In this document: positions 1 to 9,484 of the stretch, piece after piece
How positions within the stretch are numbered: the first letter of the stretch is position 1
Layout: each line of letters opens with the position of its first letter
Origin: Barthelona sp. PAP020
Taxonomy: Eukaryota
Reading direction: 5' to 3'
Assembly (NCBI GenBank): GCA_040182905.1
Contig: JARQWU010000023.1
Coordinates: 55,849-75,848, forward strand
DNA length: 20,000 bases
Notes under the pieces: generated by a model
Databases searched by the model: none
What the model was told of the DNA's origin: nothing
What the model saw: the letters and a program-made list of their open reading frames with translations, nothing else
Position numbers and translations under genes: made by a program

Positions 1-2
1 TA

Positions 3-482
3 GGTGCTTTGTTCAGTTTTATCGCTTTTATCATTTTGTATTGGGACAAAACAAAGTATGCCATTACACCAGAAGAATTTTCTTTAAGGCCTTTGACTGA
101 TGCTGTTATTATAGATAGTGATATTGATGAGAAAAATGATGATGATGAAAAGAGCAACAAAAGCCAAAAAGATGACATGCTGGAACCATTCATTGAGCCT
201 CAAACAAGTGAAGATGACAATAAAGAAGAAGACCAAGTCGTTGAAACTTCAACAAGACCGAAAAAGAAAAGAACAACAACCCGAAAAGGAAGAAAAAAAA
301 AACAGTTAGACAAAGCTCCATCACCACCTGAAAGGTTACTAAAAGAAGAACCTTCCAGAATGCTTAACGAAACCATTGTACCTGAAAATATGATAACCAA
401 CATTGAATCTGAAACTTTGGCTGTTTCAAAACTTGTATCTGTTGTTGACGAATTTTCGTCTGATTTTGATTCTGATGCGTAA
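3..482 (+). CDS. 3' part of an unidentified membrane protein: transmembrane helix then a charged, low-complexity tail (5' end outside window)
   Basis: The frame is open from position 3 (GALFSFIAFIILYW, hydrophobic), then acidic and basic segments (DEKNDDDE, RPKKKRTTTRKGRKKK), ending at TAA 480-482. The ORF-track start is TTG, not a real start. No family recognised. Confidence 0.65.
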   Translation, partial: GALFSFIAFIILYWDKTKYAITPEEFSLRPLTDAVIIDSDIDEKNDDDEKSNKSQKDDMLEPFIEPQTSEDDNKEEDQVVETSTRPKKKRTTTRKGRKKKQLDKAPSPPERLLKEEPSRMLNETIVPENMITNIESETLAVSKLVSVVDEFSSDFDSDA

Positions 483-560
483 ATGATGTATATTTTCTTT
501 TTACATTTCAATTTATGGAAGTTTTTGAGTGTCCACATGAATTAGAATGAGAACTGCGAG

Positions 561-595
561 CTGTATGGAAAAAAGGAAAAAGAATATATATTTAC
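561..595 (-). other. Candidate 35-nt spliceosomal intron overlapping the MCM2 stop codon
   Basis: The minus strand reads AG|GTAAATATATATTCTTTTTCCTTTTTTCCATACAG|C TCG CAG TTC TCA TTC TAA. It has a canonical donor, a polypyrimidine tract, a CAG acceptor and the same length as the supported introns, but no CTAA branch motif. Confidence 0.55.
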
Positions 596-3348
596 CTGAC
601 TTTTCTGATGATACCTTTCCTTGGGTCTTGGTCGTCTGTACCGTCTGGAATCCAAATGAAACCTCTCTGAATGAATGTGGGGGAATTGTAGAACTTTCTT
701 AAATCTGTTGAGATGTCTTTACACTTTTCATAGAATTCACCCACATCTGTTTCAAGATCGAACTGATCAATTGAACGCAGCTCCAGAACGTTATCTGCAT
801 CCAAAATATTGAATTTTCTGTTCATCTGATGCTTTCTCAATTCGAGTAGCTTGTACATTAAGATTTCGGGGATATTACCGCTCAACACGATATAATTGCT
901 GAAGTCACGTTGCAACTTCTGACTAATTCTGTATCTTTGTGTGCCTATGAAGCTCTCCAAAACCATTTTGATTGCCAAATCGACATCGTCAACAGATACC
1001 TGTTGTGCCAATCTCATCTTTGCAAATGCTTCCGAGATTCTTACGATAGCTTCTAAATCACGAATGTAAACGTGCTGGGCATTTCCCTCGTTCTTGATGG
1101 TCTGTCTCAGCTTTGTGTAAAATTTGATTATCTTGTCATGCAAATGATGGCCAAACGATGGTTTACTAAATTGTCTGGCGTAAATGATGTATTTTTTAAG
1201 CATTTCTGGTGGTATCAATTCTTGACCTGTTATTGGCGATTTGTTGATATCTTGCAGATTGTTCACCCAGTCCCATTGCAATGGAACACTGTCCGGACCC
1301 TTCAAAATGGCGTCTCCCATTGATAGGTCTTTGTAAAGTGGATGCTGTGTGATGTGGTTGAGAAGCACAAATTCTGCCAACTGTCCGTCGTTGTCGGGGT
1401 TAATAATGTCCTGAAGAACACAACAAATATCAAAACGACTGAGAATGGGGTCAGACAAATCAACGTTTTGCGTCAAAGGCAGCGATGCATCATACCTGCC
1501 CTTGGATGGATTTGCAGCAGCAATAACAGCGCAACGGGCATGGAGTGATGCAACAATACCTGCCTTGGCCACGGAAACTTTTTGTTGTTCAAGGGCTTCG
1601 TGGATGGATGAACGGTCTTTCTCGGTCATCTTGTCAATTTCGTCGATAAGACAGACCCCATTGTCTGCTAAGACAAGAGCTCCTCCTTCGAGCGTCCACT
1701 CACGTGTAATGGGGTCTTTGTGCACAGTGGCTGTGAGACCAACGGCTGAGGCACCCTTTCCAGTTGTGTATACAGATCTTTTTGCACATTTTTCGGCAAA
1801 CTTCAAAAACTGAGACTTTGCAACACCGGGGTCACCAACCAAAAGCACATTGATATCTCCTCTGATTCTGTAGCTCTTATCACCTGCTTCCTTAACCATA
1901 CCTCCGAACAACGAGGCAGCTATGGCTCTTTTTACATCCAGGTGTCCATAGATTGTTGGTGCAATGGATTCGACTATACGGGACTGGATTTGCTCGCTTT
2001 TGCTGAGCTTCAAAATTTCCTGGATGTCGTTCTGCGTCAAGTCGTTGTTAATCGAGCGCTGGGGGTTTGAAATGTTGTTTGCCTCGATAACAGTGTCAAA
2101 AACAATAAAACTGTTGATCATCGACCGCAGATCGTCCTTCTTGTGAATATACTTTCCGGTGATCTCCACAAGGTCACCGGGGCTCGCCTGTTCTGCAAGA
2201 TCTCCGGTGAGAATAACTGTTTTTTGACGGGGCAACCGACCTGCTGGTATTGAACCAGGAGGCTCCTGAATCTTCAGGGTTTGGTAGTTTATAAATTCTG
2301 TCTCGTTTGTCTCCTGTACAAAAGCAGGATTGTCACAGCCAGTACATGTTTTCGGTCTGTCGATCTTTGGGCCACTGAAATCGTTGGCCTTGAAAACAGT
2401 GAATGTTCGGGTCAGGGTGCCGCAACTCGTGCATTTGTACCTCACTTTGTGCAGATACGGTGATACAGGGGACCTTCGGGTGACAATTGCCTCAACCTTG
2501 ACTAATTTATTAATATGCTGCTGTCTCAGCTCTCTTAAAAGCGTAACTGGTCCATAATTGTCGAATCGGATATGCACATTCTGAATAATGGAGCTGTAGT
2601 TTGGGTGCAGCTTCTCAGCCATGTCGACCAAAACATCATCCAAAATTGGTAAAACTTGAGAAGGGTATTTGGCAACCCAATCAGCAATGACAGACCATTG
2701 AGTAATAGCTATATTGTTGTCTACATCTCTTCGATAAATGCACAGATCATTGTAGTCCACAGAAAGTGACATCTCATTGTTTTCACACATGGAATGAACT
2801 CGTTCAATGTACTTAAAACTACCACTACTCGTTTTGTCGGGACAATTAAACAAAAAGTCCATAAACTGATAATATATGGATCTCTCCAAGTTATTGCGTT
2901 CCTGGGAATTATTGAAATATCTAACAGGCTCATTGATCTCGGTTAAGTCAACCTGAATTTCATTTGGATCTGCTTCCCGCATCATCTCATCATCTAAAAT
3001 ATTATATCTCATTCTCGTATCACGTTCAATAAAATCCTCCAAATCATCAAACTCAGTTTCACCCAATTCCTGTCTTCGACGGGAAATCTCATCCCTAACC
3101 AATCTTGGCAACAATCGTTCCATTCGCGATGTAAATATTCTTTGATTTGTGTGTCTTTCATCAATTTCTCTCTCCGCTGCAAGTCTCTGCGCAGGAGTAA
3201 TATCTGCATATTCATTAAAATCTAAGTTGGAAGTATCATATTCGTCCAGTTCAGGTCTAGATTCATAATCTCCAGCAATGGTATCAAATAAGTCTTCCTC
3301 AGAATCTGAGCCTGAATCAGAATTGTACGATTCAAATGGTTGACTCAT
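592..3348 (-). CDS. MCM2: DNA replication licensing factor MCM2 (3' end may extend to 542 via a 35-nt intron)
   Basis: N-terminal histone-binding motif DYESRPELDEYD, C4 zinc finger CTSC...CTGC, QEPPGSIPAGRLPR, Walker A GDPGVAKSQ, GASAVGLTATVHKDPITREWTLEGGALVLAD (MCM2-type), Walker B IDEIDKM, arginine finger SRFD. Confidence 0.97.
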   Translation of the reverse strand: MSQPFESYNSDSGSDSEEDLFDTIAGDYESRPELDEYDTSNLDFNEYADITPAQRLAAEREIDERHTNQRIFTSRMERLLPRLVRDEISRRRQELGETEFDDLEDFIERDTRMRYNILDDEMMREADPNEIQVDLTEINEPVRYFNNSQERNNLERSIYYQFMDFLFNCPDKTSSGSFKYIERVHSMCENNEMSLSVDYNDLCIYRRDVDNNIAITQWSVIADWVAKYPSQVLPILDDVLVDMAEKLHPNYSSIIQNVHIRFDNYGPVTLLRELRQQHINKLVKVEAIVTRRSPVSPYLHKVRYKCTSCGTLTRTFTVFKANDFSGPKIDRPKTCTGCDNPAFVQETNETEFINYQTLKIQEPPGSIPAGRLPRQKTVILTGDLAEQASPGDLVEITGKYIHKKDDLRSMINSFIVFDTVIEANNISNPQRSINNDLTQNDIQEILKLSKSEQIQSRIVESIAPTIYGHLDVKRAIAASLFGGMVKEAGDKSYRIRGDINVLLVGDPGVAKSQFLKFAEKCAKRSVYTTGKGASAVGLTATVHKDPITREWTLEGGALVLADNGVCLIDEIDKMTEKDRSSIHEALEQQKVSVAKAGIVASLHARCAVIAAANPSKGRYDASLPLTQNVDLSDPILSRFDICCVLQDIINPDNDGQLAEFVLLNHITQHPLYKDLSMGDAILKGPDSVPLQWDWVNNLQDINKSPITGQELIPPEMLKKYIIYARQFSKPSFGHHLHDKIIKFYTKLRQTIKNEGNAQHVYIRDLEAIVRISEAFAKMRLAQQVSVDDVDLAIKMVLESFIGTQRYRISQKLQRDFSNYIVLSGNIPEILMYKLLELRKHQMNRKFNILDADNVLELRSIDQFDLETDVGEFYEKCKDISTDLRKFYNSPTFIQRGFIWIPDGTDDQDPRKGIIRKVR

Positions 3349-3583
3349 TTAAAGAATAATAAAATCTATGGTGGAATTTTTTTTCTCAATTATACTCTTG
3401 TTTAATGGTAATTGATGTTTTAATTCAACAAATAAATTAACTTTTTTATTTCTGCAAGATATATTTTTGAAAAAAAACAAAGAAAAAAAGTATGATATTT
3501 TATAAATGCACATAAAAGTTTAATATTAACAAAATAATAATAGACAATTATGAAATGAAGTTCAAAAAAGAAAAAAAAAAGAA

Positions 3584-6139
3584 TCACCTAAATGTGAATT
3601 TTCCTCTTGCCATATTATTTGGAGGATCAAAACTTGGCAAAATGTCCAAAAGATCTTCTTCTTCTTCTTCTTCCTCGTCATCTTCTTCTTCATTTAAACT
3701 ATTCCAAGAGAATATCTTAACAATAAAATAAAAAAATCCAACAAAAATAAGCACAACAACTGAAATACTTTCAAATGTAATATTGAAATAAATATCATTC
3801 ATTTGAACATTGCAATCAGAAAATTCATCAGACATGGTGCAAACGTTTGTGGACATGTTTTTTAAAAATTTTCCACAATTATGTTGAATGATAAATAAAC
3901 CGTGTTGAAGGTAAAAGTTATCAATATTTCTGGTTCCACTAATTTGAAATTTCTTTAAAATTCCGTTTGTGAAAAAAATGCTGTTATTCATTAAATTTTG
4001 ACCTTCAACGATAAAGGATCCTGTATTTATTTCAACAAGCAATTGTAAATTATCAAAAGAATGTTTAATGGTCAATAATGTGTTACCTTCTGAGTACATA
4101 TTGAATTCAAAATTTGAAACAAAGGATGTTTTGGGAATTAAGTATTTTTCAAAACTACGAACAATACGATAATTTTTAGACGATAAAACCAAAATCTGTG
4201 GTTCTTCACCTTCAAAGACTGTTCTAAAAGGAACAGTAAGGTTTTCCAATTTTTCATCAAAATTTTCAATGGAAATAAAATGTAATTCATTTAAATTGAA
4301 AGAAAAATCAACTAAATTTGATGATAACACATCAAAATTTCCATAATTTGAAGATAAATGAACAATGAAATTTTTAAAATGGTAATTTTTGAAAAAAAAT
4401 TGTAAAGAGGGACTTTTTTTGTCAGAAGGGACAAATTCCCTTGATTCACTTACTAAATTTAATTTTCCCATACATTTAAACCCTATGTCATTCCATTCCC
4501 ATATTGAATTACACAATAATCCATAATACTCGGTAAATTCACTGTAATTTCCTGAAATTAAACGATTATTCTTTACAGTATACAAATTACCACTGCAATA
4601 AAACCTTCCAGATTTGGTTTGAATAATCCCATCACAAACAACATCAGAATGAATAAGTTCATATTGTAAATCATCAACAATACGCATAGCACTAATAATT
4701 AAAATCTGATTACTGTCCAAATTGATATTGAGTTGTCCTAAAGCACCATAAAAAATTTTTATTTCTAAGACTCCATTCTCATTGATGCTAAAATGTTCAT
4801 TGGTGTAATACTCATAATTTGAAGATACATCAGTAACTACAGCTTCTTGTTTAAGAATGATAGAAGCTTCTTGTGCATCACTTGTCTTTGTAACTTGAAA
4901 ATTGCCAATAAAATTCTTAATTACATAAGTTTCTGCATTTAGGTAGTCGAAATGGTTTACATTGTCTATCATAGAATCACCATTTATCAATATTTCTTCA
5001 ATATTTCCAAAAATTCCCAATAACTTAAAATGTAAATCACAAATACGTATTCTTCCTTCAGAATCTTCAAAATCAATGCCATTAATATCAAAACCTTCAA
5101 AATATCCAGCATTTGTACCTCTTGCCAAAAAAGTTAAATAGAAAATTTCCACACCTCTAGGAATAACCAATTTAATCAAACTGCTTGAATGTAAAACCAA
5201 ACGATCAATAAAACCGAAATCAAAATTAGAAATTTCAAAAATGGTAGTTTCGTCCACATGCCATTTTTTAAAAGCAAATAAACAAAATTCATCCTTTTTT
5301 CCAATGATCTTATCATACTTCAAATTTAAATATCGGTCAATAGATTGAACAAGAAAACAATCATATGGTAAATTTTCAAATAACATACCTGGTTCAAAAG
5401 ATTGTAAATAAAGTTCCCGATTTACAGTTTCAAACTTTAAAGTTGAAGAAATCGAAGAATCAAAAATAAAATAACAAAACAATATCTTTTCAAATCCAGA
5501 TGCTTCGTATAAAGGAATTAAATAATCAGTGTCAATGTATATAGTAGGTTGAAAACTTATCATGGAAAAGTTTAAATTAGTAAAATCATAACTGTTACTT
5601 CTCGTTATTCGATGATCACTTAGAGCTCCTATTATGTTACAATAATAATAAAAACTGTTGTTTAAAATGGATATATCATTTTTGATTATTATGTCAAGAT
5701 AAGTTGGTAAAGTTTTATCAAATGTGATTAGATTCATTGAAATAGGAACATCTACAGAAAAAATATTTCCAGAAAACTCTTGTAAAACAAAATCTCCCTG
5801 ATGAAGAATGATATTTATTTTTGTTAAATATTCAAATTCAAAAATTTGAAAATTGGTGATGCTAAATGTATATCCATTAGTATCATTCGAATAATATTTT
5901 GACAATAAATCATATCTGATAATCACTTGTGTTTTATTGATGCAATGCAAACTATCAAAAGTAAAATTAAATAAATACGATTTCTTCAAAGTAACTATTG
6001 GATACAAACAATCCACTTCAATTATATCCAAATCAATAACATCTATTTTTGAATTCTTAGCTTGAATTGATTTGGAGTCAATAACAATCAAAATCAATAA
6101 ATTCAAAATAAATAACAATATATTGGCCTTTTCATTCAT
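3584..6139 (-). CDS. Orphan type I membrane protein, 851 aa: signal peptide, large ectodomain, C-terminal TM helix, acidic cytoplasmic tail
   Basis: Uninterrupted 2.5-kb ORF in very AT-rich DNA. N-terminal hydrophobic ILLFILNLLILIVI, C-terminal ISVVVLIFVGFFYFIV, then EEEDDEEEEEEEDLL. No family recognised. Confidence 0.8.
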   Translation of the reverse strand: MNEKANILLFILNLLILIVIDSKSIQAKNSKIDVIDLDIIEVDCLYPIVTLKKSYLFNFTFDSLHCINKTQVIIRYDLLSKYYSNDTNGYTFSITNFQIFEFEYLTKINIILHQGDFVLQEFSGNIFSVDVPISMNLITFDKTLPTYLDIIIKNDISILNNSFYYYCNIIGALSDHRITRSNSYDFTNLNFSMISFQPTIYIDTDYLIPLYEASGFEKILFCYFIFDSSISSTLKFETVNRELYLQSFEPGMLFENLPYDCFLVQSIDRYLNLKYDKIIGKKDEFCLFAFKKWHVDETTIFEISNFDFGFIDRLVLHSSSLIKLVIPRGVEIFYLTFLARGTNAGYFEGFDINGIDFEDSEGRIRICDLHFKLLGIFGNIEEILINGDSMIDNVNHFDYLNAETYVIKNFIGNFQVTKTSDAQEASIILKQEAVVTDVSSNYEYYTNEHFSINENGVLEIKIFYGALGQLNINLDSNQILIISAMRIVDDLQYELIHSDVVCDGIIQTKSGRFYCSGNLYTVKNNRLISGNYSEFTEYYGLLCNSIWEWNDIGFKCMGKLNLVSESREFVPSDKKSPSLQFFFKNYHFKNFIVHLSSNYGNFDVLSSNLVDFSFNLNELHFISIENFDEKLENLTVPFRTVFEGEEPQILVLSSKNYRIVRSFEKYLIPKTSFVSNFEFNMYSEGNTLLTIKHSFDNLQLLVEINTGSFIVEGQNLMNNSIFFTNGILKKFQISGTRNIDNFYLQHGLFIIQHNCGKFLKNMSTNVCTMSDEFSDCNVQMNDIYFNITFESISVVVLIFVGFFYFIVKIFSWNSLNEEEDDEEEEEEEDLLDILPSFDPPNNMARGKFTFR
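3654..3691. repeat. Imperfect (TCT)n trinucleotide repeat encoding the poly-Glu/Asp tract of the 851-aa protein
   Basis: tcttcttcttcttcttcttcctcgtcatcttcttcttc read directly from the sequence. Confidence 0.8.
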
Positions 6140-6316
6140 TCATCTGAGTTGAACATCTGAACAATATCGAAAAAAGTAATCGAAAATATCTGTAACATTT
6201 GTTTTCTCACCAATTATTCCAAAATCAATTAAAAGTTTATTGGTTAAAATCATTCAAAAACTCAACAAAAAAAGTTATGAAACCGCAATATTTATCTAAA
6301 AAGAAAAAACTAAAAA

Positions 6317-9229
6317 CTAGTGCTCATTCGACAAAAACTGTAAAAGTCCACGCACTTCATACAAGGTATCTTTGTACCTTTCAATTTTAACAGTCTCAAA
6401 ATGCTTCAACACTGTAATAATTCTTGCTAAACTTTCATCTCGATCAATAATGTGTCCAAACATTTTGAAAACACCAACCATGAAACTCTGCCAAAATTCA
6501 AAAGCACTGTTTTTGAAGAATGAACATAAAATGACAATAAAAAGATCAACTAATTGTTCATTGTTATCATAACCATCTTCAACAGTGACTAATTTTGTCA
6601 ATTCAACAAATAATTTATTTGGAGATAACGATTCGATAAAGTTTAAGCATTCATTGGATACTTCAAAAGTTTCACAAAGTTTTTGAAACTTTTCATCTGA
6701 CAAAATATTTTGCCATGCAAAAAGGTCAAGACAATCTTCACAAGTGTCAATATTTTCACAAATATCTTTTAAAACTTCATCTATTCTGCAAATTCTTCCA
6801 TCTGCTGGAATAATAGAGGGTCTTCCTGAAAAATCAGTATCCTTGGTGATAATTGCTAAATCTTTGTTTTTTATATCTTCCATTTGTTGATCCAAAAAGA
6901 ATGGCATGTCTTTAACAGTCTTTAGATCATGTTGTTGTTTTGGTTGATTTCTTTTTACAACTTCTTTTATGTTACCCAACATCTGAGCTGTTCTTTCAAC
7001 ATTTTTATCAACTGAAAACATTGAATAACCCATATCTATTGTACGATCAATGTTTTCAGCAGAAAAAACAAAATTATCTGTTTCAACCTCAGATTGTTGG
7101 TTTTCAGTTGTGTCGAAATTCATTACATCATAACTGGAAGTAAAATGAACAGGTAATTTACAAATTTCTTCATCTTCATCAAATTCAGACTCATTATAAA
7201 TGGAAGGGGTTTGATATGTCAAAGCATTCGACCATAAACAAATATGATTGGAATTTTCATGTGTAGTAATGACAAAAGATAAATCTGGTGAGACACTGAT
7301 ACTATTTGGAGATTCTTCATCATCAAAAACCATTTTATCAACACATAAAAAGTTCAAAACATCCCATACTCTTATGCTATTATCAGCAGAACAAGAAACC
7401 ATATAAATATTTTGACCAAACCCAAATGAACTTGTGCGTGCAATTGAAGACACATTAAGATCAATCCAATCAAGTGATTTAATTGAAGCTTCATGTCCAA
7501 TGAATCTACGAACAATTTTAATACTGTTGACATCAACAATGACAATCTCAAAATTATCTAATGCCACAGCAATAAAACCAGGCAATGGATTATACTTAGC
7601 AACTCTGGGACGATGAGGAAGGTCAAGAGAACTAACAACAATTTTTTTCTTGAAATCAATCTTGTGAAACTTTTTGTCCGTTGTCAATGCAAATATGTAT
7701 TCATGAAATGGGTCAAAACAAGCAAAAACAACTTTTTTGTCTGAAATTTTGATATCAAATCTTTTATCCAAAGATTGTGTGTGGTAAACTCCAAGCATAC
7801 CTTTTGCAGTGCCTACAACAGAAAAATGTCCACATTGAGAAAATTTAACACAGGCTATTTCCGATTGGTCAGGTGATTCGATAAACTTATCGAAAATTCT
7901 GCCTCCTTTTTTAAAATCCCATAAAAACGCATACTTTACATGTTGATGACATGTAATCACATTATGAAATCTACTGTCTGCCAAATGGTAAGAATCCATG
8001 CAAGTCACAGAGGGTAATATCCCATTGAATTTGGTCTTTGATCCCTTGACAAAAAGACTTGGAAATTTTCTCCCATCTCTAACTGGATCATAGGCAAATT
8101 TAAAAGTTTGATGATCTCTATGTGTTGAATGACCAAATAAACCATCTAAACTGCATCCAATAAACCTGGTGGAATCTTCAATATCTCCATAAAACTTGCA
8201 AGTGGTAACATTATGTTGATGGGATTCTCTCTTCCTCAAAAATCTTGGAGCGACATCAAATCTGTCAAAAATATATTCTTCAAGGTGATTCTCAGAAGAA
8301 ACAATCATTACTGGACGCTTCAACAGGAATTCAATTTTAACAATACCTTTCAATCCTGTTTCTTTGAGTGAAATCAGCGTTCTTTCCATTAATGAAAAAT
8401 ATATCAGCTCTCCTTGTGCAGTACCAACAACAATCAACTGATTCTTTAAGTCTTCCTCATAATTCATTGAAACAGCGGTGGGATTCTTTGATTTAACTCT
8501 GGTGATTTCTATCAATTCAAATTGCTCATTTAATTGAGTAACAATAACTTCTTGGGGACTAAACAACATTAAAAATGAATTAATAACCTCTATTCGCTCA
8601 ATTCCAGTGTAATTAAAGACTATATCATGTGTGACTCTGAATGAATTATAATCAATGATTGAAAGCGTACATTCCTCTTGTGAAAAAGCTAAAATTTGGT
8701 TCTTTAAACCAGGAAAATAAACAATAGAAGAAATATCATGTTTAAAAGTATCTAAAAAGCAAGACACTACCAACGCTGAATCTTTTGTCCCATGAAAATT
8801 ATTCTCAATCACAAAATGATGTTCTGACTCGTCATTAATATCAGTCCAAATATTTCTGGCATTCCAAACACACAACAATGAATCTTCAGATGAATATGAA
8901 AATATAAACGAATCAATTGCAAACATATTGGTAATAGAACATGTATGAGCCAATAATTTCTTTGGAGTTCGTTTTCTTTCATGAACTACTATTTCATTCG
9001 TCAATGAACAAAAGACAATTTCTCTAAATACTGCAATATTTGTAATTTTGTCCTCAAAATCTGGTCCAATACTCACAACTCGCAAAGATTCTGCATCAAA
9101 AACTTGATAGGTCCTTCCAATAGATGAAATAATGTAATTCTCTCGTTGCAATGATTGCAAGGCAAAAGGAATTGATTCACAAATAATTCCAATTGACCGA
9201 AAAGGTCTTAACAAATGTTTTCGAACCAT
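6317..9229 (-). CDS. UTP21: U3 snoRNA-associated WD40 protein UTP21/WDR36 (SSU processome)
   Basis: N-terminal LLRPFRSIGIICESIPF resembles the UTP21 start (LFxPFRALG...VPF). Also PRFLRKRESH, WD repeats (RRFIGH...SCSADNSIRVWD) and Utp21 C-terminal motifs MPFFL, LSP, FEFWQSFM. ATG at 9229; the ORF-track start is TTG. Confidence 0.9.
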   Translation of the reverse strand: MVRKHLLRPFRSIGIICESIPFALQSLQRENYIISSIGRTYQVFDAESLRVVSIGPDFEDKITNIAVFREIVFCSLTNEIVVHERKRTPKKLLAHTCSITNMFAIDSFIFSYSSEDSLLCVWNARNIWTDINDESEHHFVIENNFHGTKDSALVVSCFLDTFKHDISSIVYFPGLKNQILAFSQEECTLSIIDYNSFRVTHDIVFNYTGIERIEVINSFLMLFSPQEVIVTQLNEQFELIEITRVKSKNPTAVSMNYEEDLKNQLIVVGTAQGELIYFSLMERTLISLKETGLKGIVKIEFLLKRPVMIVSSENHLEEYIFDRFDVAPRFLRKRESHQHNVTTCKFYGDIEDSTRFIGCSLDGLFGHSTHRDHQTFKFAYDPVRDGRKFPSLFVKGSKTKFNGILPSVTCMDSYHLADSRFHNVITCHQHVKYAFLWDFKKGGRIFDKFIESPDQSEIACVKFSQCGHFSVVGTAKGMLGVYHTQSLDKRFDIKISDKKVVFACFDPFHEYIFALTTDKKFHKIDFKKKIVVSSLDLPHRPRVAKYNPLPGFIAVALDNFEIVIVDVNSIKIVRRFIGHEASIKSLDWIDLNVSSIARTSSFGFGQNIYMVSCSADNSIRVWDVLNFLCVDKMVFDDEESPNSISVSPDLSFVITTHENSNHICLWSNALTYQTPSIYNESEFDEDEEICKLPVHFTSSYDVMNFDTTENQQSEVETDNFVFSAENIDRTIDMGYSMFSVDKNVERTAQMLGNIKEVVKRNQPKQQHDLKTVKDMPFFLDQQMEDIKNKDLAIITKDTDFSGRPSIIPADGRICRIDEVLKDICENIDTCEDCLDLFAWQNILSDEKFQKLCETFEVSNECLNFIESLSPNKLFVELTKLVTVEDGYDNNEQLVDLFIVILCSFFKNSAFEFWQSFMVGVFKMFGHIIDRDESLARIITVLKHFETVKIERYKDTLYEVRGLLQFLSNEH

Positions 9230-9484
9230 AAAAAGCAAAAAAAAATACGTTTTTCATTTTATTTTTTTTCTTTTTGCGATATTTCAGTAATATTCAAATT
9301 GTAAATTTTATAAGAGTAAAATTTGTTCAAAAAACAAAAATATTTTTCTTCTTTGCAATTTTTCCTTTTAAACTTGCTCTGTTTATAAAATATCACGATT
9401 GAAAGTGTTCCAACGGTGTCTCAAATAAACGGAAAAAAAAATTATTGAAAGAAATTCATTTTGACTTTTTACTATTTTGTGAAA

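Noticed and set aside
118..538. ORFs 118-309 (+) and 200-538 (-)
   Set aside because: They are alternative-frame and antisense readings of a purine-rich low-complexity coding tail.
1072..2557. Cluster of short plus-strand ORFs opposite MCM2
   Set aside because: These are antisense shadows favoured by the locally high GC, and they contain no recognisable motifs.
3450..3587. Possible intron starting at AG|GTGA at the end of the 851-aa gene
   Set aside because: The first downstream AG is about 135 nt away, inconsistent with the 35-36 nt introns here, and no convincing exon follows.
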